DNA of 32,000 nucleotides from Bacillus subtilis subsp. subtilis str. 168 (GTDB lineage Bacteria; Bacillota; Bacilli; Bacillales; Bacillaceae), in contig NC_000964.3 of the NCBI RefSeq assembly GCF_000009045.1, positions 1,770,001 to 1,802,000 of the forward strand. Reading direction: 5' to 3'. The position numbers and the translations under genes are program-made. The notes under the pieces were generated by a model that worked only from the letters and a program-made list of their open reading frames with translations, was not told the origin of the DNA and did no database searches. How positions within the stretch are numbered: position 1 is the stretch's first letter; each line of letters begins with the position of its first letter. This document shows positions 21,206 to 31,800 of this stretch, piece after piece.

Positions 21206-21972
21206 CCTATCAAACGATAAAGGTCCGCTTTCAAGCATCGGTTTGCTATATTACCTTTCACCGTCCTGAAGCGAATAATACGATTAATGACACGCTGATA
21301 GAAGAATGCTTGCAAGTGTTAAACCAATGTGAAACATCAACGGTGACGGTTGTCGTTTTAGAGGGGCTTCCCGAGGTGTTTTGTTTCGGAGCGGATTTTC
21401 AAGAAATCTATCAGGAAATGAAAAGGGGCAGAAAACAGGCAAGCTCCCAAGAGCCTCTCTATGATTTGTGGATGAAATTGCAGACCGGCCCTTATGTCAC
21501 GATTTCGCATGTCAGGGGAAAAGTGAATGCCGGCGGTCTTGGATTTGTATCTGCCACAGATATTGCCATTGCTGATCAGACGGCGTCATTCAGTCTCTCT
21601 GAGCTGCTATTCGGCCTGTACCCTGCTTGTGTTTTACCGTTTCTGATCCGCCGTATCGGCCGGCAGAAAGCGCATTATATGACGCTTATGACAAAGCCGA
21701 TTTCCGTTCAGGAAGCCAGTGAATGGGGGTTAATAGATGCTTTTGATGCTGAAAGTGACGTGCTGCTGAGAAAGCATTTATTGCGTTTGCGGAGGCTGAA
21801 TAAAAAAGGAATCGCACATTATAAACAGTTTATGAGCTCACTTGATCATCAAGTCAGTCGTGCGAAAGCCACCGCTTTAACTGCAAATCAAGACATGTTT
21901 TCTGATCCTCAAAACCAAATGGGAATCATCAGGTATGTTGAAACAGGACAATTCCCATGGGAGGATCAGTAA
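21193..21972 (+). CDS. pksH: Enoyl-CoA hydratase-like (ECH1, dehydration in beta-branching) PksH, 259 aa, GTG start
   Basis: Crotonase fold (VCYITFHRPEANNTIND, GKVNAGGLGFVSATDIAIAD); overlaps pksG end by 13 nt. Confidence 0.93.
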   Translation: MDLVTYQTIKVRFQASVCYITFHRPEANNTINDTLIEECLQVLNQCETSTVTVVVLEGLPEVFCFGADFQEIYQEMKRGRKQASSQEPLYDLWMKLQTGPYVTISHVRGKVNAGGLGFVSATDIAIADQTASFSLSELLFGLYPACVLPFLIRRIGRQKAHYMTLMTKPISVQEASEWGLIDAFDAESDVLLRKHLLRLRRLNKKGIAHYKQFMSSLDHQVSRAKATALTANQDMFSDPQNQMGIIRYVETGQFPWEDQ

Positions 21973-22011
21973 CCGTTTAAAAATGACAATCAGAACCGTT
22001 AGGAGGACATC

Positions 22012-22761
22012 ATGACGCATTCTGTTGTAGAGCTTATCGAAATTGAATCCGCCATTATTCAGGTAAAGATGCAAGATCGCACTCATAAAAACGCGTTTTC
22101 ACAAGAACTTACAGACGATTTAATTCAAGCGTTTGAATACATACGGCAGAATCCCAAATACAAAGCGGTCATTTTGACAGGATATGATAATTATTTTGCT
22201 TCAGGAGGAACGCAAGAAGGACTGCTTCGAATTCAACAGGGATTGACCAAGTTCACTGATGACAATCTTTATTCTCTGGCGCTGGATTGCGAGATTCCAG
22301 TTATTGCGGCAATGCAGGGCCATGGAATTGGAGGCGGCTTTGTCATGGGGCTCTTTGCTGACATTGTCATTCTGAGCAGAGAAAGCGTGTATACGGCTAA
22401 TTTTATGAAATACGGATTTACGCCTGGAATGGGCGCTACCTTTATCGTTCCTAAAAAACTGGGTTTCAGCCTGGCCCAGGAAATATTATTGAATGCGGGC
22501 AGCTACCGCGGAGCTGATCTTGAAAAAAGAGGGGTTCCTTTTAAGGTGCTGCCCCGTGCAGAAGTGTTAGATTATGCAGTGGAGCTGGCGCAAGAACTGG
22601 CGGAAAAGCCGAGAAACTCACTGGTTACACTGAAAGATCATTTGGTTGCCCCGCTTCGCGATCAGCTGCCGCGCGTCATTGAACAGGAATTGATGATGCA
22701 TGAGAAAACATTTCATCATGAAGAAGTCAAAAGTAGAATCAAAGGTTTATATGGTAATTAA
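22012..22761 (+). CDS. pksI: Enoyl-CoA hydratase-like (ECH2, decarboxylation in beta-branching) PksI, 249 aa
   Basis: Crotonase fold (MQGHGIGGGFVMGLFADIVILSRES); AGGAGG RBS before ATG. Confidence 0.93.
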   Translation: MTHSVVELIEIESAIIQVKMQDRTHKNAFSQELTDDLIQAFEYIRQNPKYKAVILTGYDNYFASGGTQEGLLRIQQGLTKFTDDNLYSLALDCEIPVIAAMQGHGIGGGFVMGLFADIVILSRESVYTANFMKYGFTPGMGATFIVPKKLGFSLAQEILLNAGSYRGADLEKRGVPFKVLPRAEVLDYAVELAQELAEKPRNSLVTLKDHLVAPLRDQLPRVIEQELMMHEKTFHHEEVKSRIKGLYGN

Positions 22762-22805
22762 CTGAAAATATATATAAATTTTGCAGGTGAAATGGAGGCA
22801 GCGTG

Positions 22806-25800
22806 ATGAGAAATAATGATAATATCCGCATATTAACTAATCCTTCTGTCAGTCATGGGGAGCCTTTACATATATCTGAAAAGCAGCCGGCAACAATACC
22901 TGAAGTTTTATACAGAACGGCGACGGAGCTTGGGGATACAAAGGGAATCATTTATTTGCAGCCGGATGGAACTGAAGTTTACCAATCATACAGACGATTA
23001 TGGGATGATGGATTGCGCATTGCGAAGGGGCTTCGCCAATCAGGCCTGAAAGCAAAACAAAGCGTGATTTTGCAGCTTGGTGACAATTCACAGCTTCTCC
23101 CTGCGTTCTGGGGGTGTGTGTTAACAGGGGTTGTTCCGGCTCCATTAGCCGTTCCGCCAACGTATGCTGAATCGAGCAGCGGCACTCAAAAGCTGAAAGA
23201 CGCATGGACGCTTCTTGATAAGCCAGCGGTGATTACGGACCGGGGGATGCATCAGGAAATGCTCGATTGGGCAAAAGAACAAGGGCTTGAAGGGTTCAGG
23301 GCAATTATTGTAGAGGATCTGCTCAGCGCTGAAGCGGACACAGATTGGCATCAATCCAGTCCTGAAGACTTAGCGCTTTTATTGCTGACTTCAGGCAGTA
23401 CGGGAACGCCCAAAGCAGTTATGCTTAATCATCGTAACATTATGAGCATGGTGAAAGGGATTATTCAAATGCAAGGCTTCACCAGAGAGGATATTACGTT
23501 TAACTGGATGCCGTTTGACCATGTCGGAGGGATCGGAATGCTGCATTTGCGGGATGTTTATCTTGGCTGTCAGGAAATTAACGTCTCAAGCGAAACGATC
23601 TTAATGGAGCCGTTGAAATGGCTGGATTGGATTGATCATTACCGAGCTTCTGTTACGTGGGCGCCGAATTTTGCGTTTGGTCTGGTTACTGATTTTGCAG
23701 AAGAAATAAAAGATAAGAAATGGGATCTGTCTTCAATGCGATACATGCTCAATGGCGGTGAAGCAATGGTAGCCAAGGTAGGGCGTAGAATACTTGAGCT
23801 TTTAGAACCACATGGACTGCCTGCTGACGCCATCCGACCTGCCTGGGGAATGTCCGAAACTTCATCGGGCGTTATTTTTTCTCATGAATTTACCCGGGCT
23901 GGAACAAGTGATGATGATCATTTTGTTGAAATAGGCTCTCCAATCCCCGGCTTCTCTATGAGAATTGTGAATGACCATAATGAATTGGTTGAAGAGGGTG
24001 AGATCGGCCGTTTTCAAGTCTCGGGTCTTTCTGTTACTAGCGGTTATTACCAGCGGCCTGATTTGAATGAGAGTGTGTTTACAGAAGACGGCTGGTTTGA
24101 AACCGGAGATCTTGGCTTTTTGCGAAACGGGCGCTTAACCATAACAGGCCGTACGAAAGATGCAATTATCATTAACGGCATTAATTATTACAGTCATGCA
24201 ATTGAGTCTGCAGTTGAAGAATTACCTGAAATTGAAACTTCTTATACTGCTGCTTGCGCTGTCCGTCTGGGCCAGAATTCAACAGATCAGCTGGCTATCT
24301 TCTTTGTTACTTCCGCAAAATTAAATGATGAGCAGATGTCTCAGCTTCTTAGAAACATACAATCCCATGTCTCACAGGTGATCGGAGTCACCCCGGAATA
24401 TTTGCTGCCTGTACAAAAAGAAGAGATTCCAAAAACGGCTATCGGAAAGATCCAGCGCACCCAGCTAAAAACTTCATTTGAAAATGGAGAGTTCGACCAC
24501 TTGCTACATAAACCCAATCGGATGAACGATGCAGTCCAGGATGAGGGGATACAGCAAGCAGACCAGGTGAAAAGAGTAAGGGAAGAAATACAGAAGCATC
24601 TGCTCACCTGTTTGACTGAGGAGCTGCACGTTTCCCACGATTGGGTGGAGCCAAATGCAAATATCCAAAGTCTTGGTGTGAATTCTATCAAGATGATGAA
24701 GCTCATTCGATCGATCGAGAAAAACTATCATATCAAACTAACAGCTAGAGAGATACATCAATATCCTACAATTGAACGCTTAGCCAGCTATCTATCAGAA
24801 CATGAAGACCTCAGCAGCTTGTCTGCTGACAAAAAGGGCACGGACACATATAAAACCGAACCGGAAAGGAGTCAGGCAACTTTTCAGCCTCTCTCTGAGG
24901 TTCAAAAAGGATTATGGACATTGCAAAAAATGTCACCCGAAAAAAGTGCATATCACGTACCTCTCTGTTTTAAATTTTCGTCAGGGCTTCACCATGAAAC
25001 ATTCCAGCAGGCTTTCGGCCTTGTATTGAATCAGCACCCAATCTTAAAGCACGTCATCCAAGAGAAAGACGGAGTGCCATTTCTTAAAAATGAGCCAGCA
25101 CTTTCAATTGAAATCAAGACAGAAAATATCTCAAGTTTGAAAGAGTCTGATATTCCTGCTTTTCTTAGAAAGAAAGTAAAGGAACCGTATGTAAAGGAAA
25201 ACAGCCCGTTAGTGCGTGTCATGAGCTTTTCCAGATCTGAACAAGAGCATTTTTTATTAGTTGTCATTCACCATTTGATTTTTGACGGAGTTTCGTCTGT
25301 CACATTTATACGCAGTCTGTTTGATACCTATCAGCTTCTTTTAAAAGGACAGCAGCCGGAAAAAGCTGTTTCTCCTGCCATTTATCATGATTTTGCGGCA
25401 TGGGAGAAAAACATGCTTGCCGGCAAAGACGGTGTGAAGCACCGTACATATTGGCAGAAACAGCTATCGGGAACTTTGCCGAATCTTCAGCTGCCTAATG
25501 TCAGCGCAAGTTCAGTCGATTCTCAGTTTAGAGAGGATACATACACCAGGCGGTTGTCCAGCGGCTTCATGAATCAGGTCAGAACGTTTGCGAAAGAGCA
25601 TTCTGTAAATGTCACGACGGTATTCTTAAGCTGCTATATGATGCTGCTTGGCCGTTACACAGGCCAAAAAGAACAGATCGTCGGCATGCCGGCCATGGTG
25701 AGGCCGGAAGAAAGATTTGATGATGCCATTGGACATTTTCTCAATATGCTCCCGATTCGGAGTGAGCTGAACCCGGCAGACACTTTTTCTAGCTTTATAT

Positions 25801-28800
25801 CAAAATTGCAATTAACGATATTGGATGGGCTTGATCATGCAGCATATCCTTTTCCAAAAATGGTGAGGGATCTGAATATTCCTCGCAGTCAAGCAGGTTC
25901 ACCGGTATTTCAAACCGCTTTTTTCTATCAGAATTTTCTTCAATCCGGAAGCTATCAAAGCTTGCTGAGCCGCTATGCTGACTTCTTTTCTGTCGATTTC
26001 GTTGAGTATATTCACCAAGAGGGCGAATACGAATTAGTATTTGAACTGTGGGAAACAGAAGAAAAAATGGAGCTGAACATCAAGTACAATACTGGGCTGT
26101 TTGATGCGGCTTCTATATCCGCCATGTTCGACCATTTTGTTTATGTAACAGAGCAGGCGATGTTGAATCCTTCTCAGCCTTTAAAAGAGTATTCTTTATT
26201 ACCTGAGGCAGAGAAGCAGATGATTCTCAAAACATGGAACGCCACAGGAAAAACGTATCCATATATAACTTTTCATGAGTTGTTTGAGCAGCAGGCGAAA
26301 AAGACGCCTGATAGAGCGGCTGTCAGCTATGAAGGTCAAACATTGACGTATCGGGAGCTTGATGAGAAAAGCACACAGCTGGCCATTTATTTGCAGGCGC
26401 ATGGAGTGGGTCCTGACCGTCTGGCGGGGATCTATGTGGATCGATCGCTGGACATGCTAGTGGGTTTATTAGCGATCCTCAAGGCTGGGGGAGCGTATGT
26501 GCCGCTAGACCCGTCCTATCCGGCTGAACGATTAGAATACATGCTTGAGGACAGTGAAGTTTTCATTACACTGACGACATCGGAATTAGTAAATACGTTG
26601 AGTTGGAACGGTGTCACAACAGCCCTTTTAGATCAAGATTGGGATGAAATTGCTCAAACAGCCTCTGATCGAAAAGTGCTTACACGCACTGTCACGCCAG
26701 AGAACTTGGCATATGTCATTTATACATCCGGCAGCACAGGAAAGCCAAAAGGTGTCATGATACCACATAAAGCTTTGACAAACTTTCTCGTTTCGATGGG
26801 GGAAACACCAGGTCTTACGGCAGAGGATAAAATGCTTGCTGTCACAACCTACTGTTTTGATATTGCAGCTCTGGAATTATTTTTGCCTTTAATAAAGGGC
26901 GCACACTGCTATATTTGTCAAACGGAGCATACAAAAGACGTTGAAAAACTGAAACGGGACATCCGCGCGATCAAACCGACAGTGATGCAGGCAACCCCCG
27001 CTACGTGGAAGATGCTCTTTTATTCAGGCTGGGAAAATGAAGAGAGCGTGAAAATTTTATGCGGTGGCGAAGCATTGCCTGAGACATTAAAACGATATTT
27101 CTTAGATACGGGCAGCGAAGCCTGGAATATGTTCGGGCCAACCGAAACAACTATCTGGTCAGCGGTTCAGCGCATTAACGTTGAATGCTCTCATGCCACG
27201 ATAGGAAGGCCAATCGCCAATACACAAATCTATATTACGGATTCTCAGCTCGCGCCAGTGCCGGCAGGTGTTCCGGGTGAGCTGTGCATTGCAGGAGACG
27301 GTGTGGCGAAGGGCTACTACAAAAAGGAAGAATTAACGGATTCGAGATTCATTGACAACCCTTTTGAGCCTGGGTCTAAGCTTTATAGAACGGGAGACAT
27401 GGCCCGTTGGCTTACGGGAGGGCGAATTGAATATATAGGCCGCATCGATAATCAAGTAAAAATCCGCGGATTCCGTATTGAACTTGGTGATATTGAAAGC
27501 AGGCTTAGTGAGCATCCCGGCATTCTGGAATGCGTTGTGGTCGCAGATATGGATAACCTAGCTGCCTATTATACAGCTAAACATGCAAATGCTTCTCTCA
27601 CAGCGAGAGAGCTGCGTCATTTTGTGAAAAACGCTTTGCCTGCCTATATGGTGCCTTCTTATTTTATTCAGCTTGATCATATGCCGTTAACTCCGAACGG
27701 AAAGATAGATAGAAACAGCCTTAAGAATATCGATTTATCAGGGGAGCAGCTAAAGCAAAGGCAGACCTCTCCTAAGAACATTCAGGATACTGTTTTTACC
27801 ATTTGGCAGGAAGTGCTGAAAACGAGTGACATTGAATGGGATGACGGATTTTTCGATGTGGGCGGGGATTCGCTTCTCGCGGTCACTGTGGCTGATCGTA
27901 TCAAACATGAACTATCCTGTGAGTTTTCTGTCACAGACCTGTTTGAGTATTCAACGATTAAAAATATCAGCCAGTACATCACTGAACAGCGAATGGGCGA
28001 TGCAAGTGACCATATACCGACAGACCCGGCAGCTCATATAGAAGATCAGTCTACCGAGATGAGTGATCTCCCGGACTATTATGACGATAGTGTGGCGATT
28101 ATTGGCATATCGTGTGAATTTCCAGGGGCAAAAAATCATGATGAATTTTGGGAGAACCTCAGAGACGGCAAGGAAAGCATTGCGTTTTTCAATAAAGAAG
28201 AGCTTCAGCGCTTTGGCATTTCAAAGGAGATAGCGGAGAATGCCGACTATGTCCCTGCTAAAGCTTCAATTGATGGGAAAGACAGATTTGATCCAAGCTT
28301 CTTTCAAATCTCTCCTAAAGACGCTGAATTTATGGACCCTCAGCTTCGGATGCTGCTGACTCATTCATGGAAAGCAATAGAAGATGCCGGTTATGCTGCG
28401 AGGCAGATTCCGCAAACCAGTGTTTTTATGTCGGCAAGCAATAATTCTTATCGCGCGCTGCTGCCGTCAGATACAACAGAGAGCCTGGAGACGCCGGACG
28501 GCTATGTTTCGTGGGTGCTTGCACAGAGCGGGACGATTCCGACAATGATTTCTCATAAGCTCGGGCTGAGAGGGCCAAGCTATTTTGTCCATGCCAACTG
28601 CTCATCCTCTCTGATTGGATTGCATTCTGCCTATAAGAGCCTCCTGTCGGGTGAATCTGATTATGCTTTAGTTGGCGGTGCAACGCTGCATACCGAGTCA
28701 AATATCGGATATGTGCATCAGCCTGGGCTGAACTTTTCGAGTGATGGACATATTAAAGCTTTTGACGCTTCAGCTGACGGAATGATAGGCGGTGAGGGCG

Positions 28801-31800
28801 TTGCTGTTGTATTGCTGAAAAAAGCAGCTGATGCAGTAAAGGACGGGGATCATATCTATGCCTTGCTGAGAGGCATTGGTGTAAATAACGACGGCGCTGA
28901 CAAAGTCGGCTTTTATGCTCCAAGCGTTAAAGGCCAGGCTGACGTGGTCCAACAGGTCATGAATCAAACGAAGGTACAGCCTGAATCCATCTGCTATGTA
29001 GAAGCACACGGGACCGGAACGAAGCTGGGGGACCCGATCGAGCTGGCGGCTTTAACAAACGTTTACAGGCAATATACAAATAAAACGCAATTTTGCGGCA
29101 TTGGGTCGGTGAAAACCAATATCGGACATTTAGATACAGCCGCCGGTCTTGCGGGCTGCATTAAGGTTGTGATGAGTCTTTATCATCAAGAGCTTGCACC
29201 GAGTGTCAATTATAAGGAGCCGAATCCAAATACAGACTTAGCCAGCTCTCCTTTTTACGTCGTCGATCAAAAGAAAACGTTAAGCCGTGAGATCAAAACG
29301 CACAGGGCTGCACTTAGCTCGTTCGGGCTTGGCGGGACAAATACCCATGCCATTTTTGAACAATTCAAAAGGGATTCAGATAAGGGAAAGATAGACGGAA
29401 CCTGCATCGTCCCGATCTCGGCGAAAAATAAAGAGAGGCTGCAAGAGTATGCAGAAGACATTCTGGCCTATTTAGAAAGAAGAGGGTTTGAGAACAGCCA
29501 GCTGCCTGATTTTGCGTATACCCTTCAGGTGGGGCGCGAAGCGATGGAGCATCGCGTTGTCTTTATTGCCGATCATGTAAATGAGTTAAAACAGAGGCTC
29601 ACAGATTTTATCAATGGAAATACAGCGATTGAAGGCTGTTTTCAAGGAAGTAAGCACAATGCCAGAGAGGTTTCATGGCTGACGGAGGATGAGGACAGCG
29701 CTGAACTCATACGTAAGTGGATGGCCAAAGGAAAAGTAAACAAGCTTGCAGAAATGTGGAGCAAGGGAGCGCATATAGATTGGATGCAGCTTTACAAGGG
29801 AGAGCGCCCAAACAGAATGAGTCTGCCGACTTATCCATTTGCAAAGGAACGATACTGGCCGTCGCAGGATGACCGCAAACCGGTGGCGCAGATATCCGGA
29901 AATCAGACAGGGATCGGCTCTATTCATCCATTGCTTCATCAGAATACATCTGATTTTTCTGAACAGAAATTCAGTTCGGTTTTCACTGGTGACGAATTTT
30001 TCCTGAGAGACCATGTGGTAAGAGGAAAGCCTGTGCTTCCTGGTGTTGCGTACCTTGAAATGGCGTACGCGGCTATAAACCAGGCGGCAGGAAGTGAAAT
30101 TGGCCAAGATGTCAGAATCAGATTGAATCATACAGTCTGGGTTCAGCCTGTTGTGGTTGACAGACATTCAGCTCAAGTGGATATCAGTCTCTTTCCTGAA
30201 GAAGATGGAAAAATCACCTTTGACATTTACAGTACACAGGAAGACGGGGACGACCCTGTTATTCATAGTCAAGGCAGTGCGGAGCTGGCATCTGCCGCCG
30301 AAACGCCAGTCGCAGATCTCACTGAAATGTCACGCCGTTGCGGCAAAGGAAAGATGTCGCCTGATCAATTTTACGAAGAAGGCAGAAGCAGAGGAATGTT
30401 CCATGGTCCGGCCTTTCAAGGAATTAAGAATGTGAATATAGGAAACAGAGAGGTTTTGGCGCAGCTGCAGCTTCCAGAAATCGTTTCTGGAACGAATGAA
30501 CAGTTTGTGCTGCACCCAAGTATCATGGATTCCGCCTTGCAGACAGCAACAATATGCATCATGCAGGAATTGACGGATCAAAAGCTGATTTTGCCATTTG
30601 CGCTTGAGGAGCTTGAAGTGATCAAAGGGTGTTCTTCTTCTATGTGGGCTTATGCCCGCTTAAGTGACAGCGATCACTCCGGAGGGGTTGTTCAGAAAGC
30701 GGATATCGATGTCATTGACGAGAGTGGAACCGTATGTGTCAGGATCAAAGGATTTTCAACGAGAGTATTAGAAGGGGAGGTTCATACTTCAAAGCCTTCA
30801 ACACGGCACGAACGCTTAATGCTTGAACCGGTGTGGGAAAAACAGAATGAAGAACGAGAGGACGAAGATCTTTCGTACACGGAGCATATCATTGTTCTCT
30901 TCGAAACTGAACGAAGTGTCACAGACAGCATTGCCTCCCACATGAAAGATGCCCGTGTGATTACTCTAAACGAAGCTGTAGGACATATTGCTGAACGTTA
31001 TCAATGTTACATGCAGAACATTTTTGAACTCCTGCAAAGCAAGGTCCGTAAGCTTTCTGCAGGCCGTATCATCATTCAAGCGATTGTTCCGCTGGAAAAA
31101 GAGAAGCAATTGTTTGCCGGCGTTTCCGGTCTGTTTAAAACAGCAGAAATAGAGTTCAGCAAACTGACTGCTCAGGTCATCGAAATTGAGAAACCTGAAG
31201 AGATGATAGACCTTCACCTCAAGCTGAAAGACGACAGCCGGAGACCATTTGACAAACAGATTCGATATGAGGCTGGATACCGTTTTGTGAAAGGCTGGAG
31301 GGAAATGGTGCTTCCTTCAGCTGATACGCTTCACATGCCGTGGAGAGACGAGGGTGTTTATCTAATCACAGGCGGAGCAGGAAGCTTAGGCCTTCTGTTT
31401 GCAAAGGAAATTGCCAATCGAACTGGCCGGTCTACTATTGTGCTGACGGGACGATCTGTTTTAAGTGAGGATAAGGAAAACGAGCTGGAGGCTCTTCGAA
31501 GCATCGGAGCGGAGGTTGTCTATCGAGAGGCTGATGTAAGTGATCAGCATGCGGTTCGTCATCTTTTGGAGGAAATCAAAGAAAGATATGGCACTCTCAA
31601 TGGAATTATTCACGGTGCAGGCAGCAGTAAAGATCGCTTCATCATTCATAAAACGAATGAAGAGTTTCAAGAAGTGTTGCAGCCAAAAGTGAGCGGGTTG
31701 TTACATGTAGACGAATGCAGCAAGGATTTCCCATTGGACTTTTTCATTTTCTTCTCTTCTGTTTCGGGATGTTTAGGAAACGCTGGACAAGCCGATTATG

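Noticed and set aside
29673-30167. 164-codon minus-strand ORF
   Set aside because: Entirely antisense to the PksJ KS-DH region, which has strong domain motifs; composition is typical of a shadow ORF.
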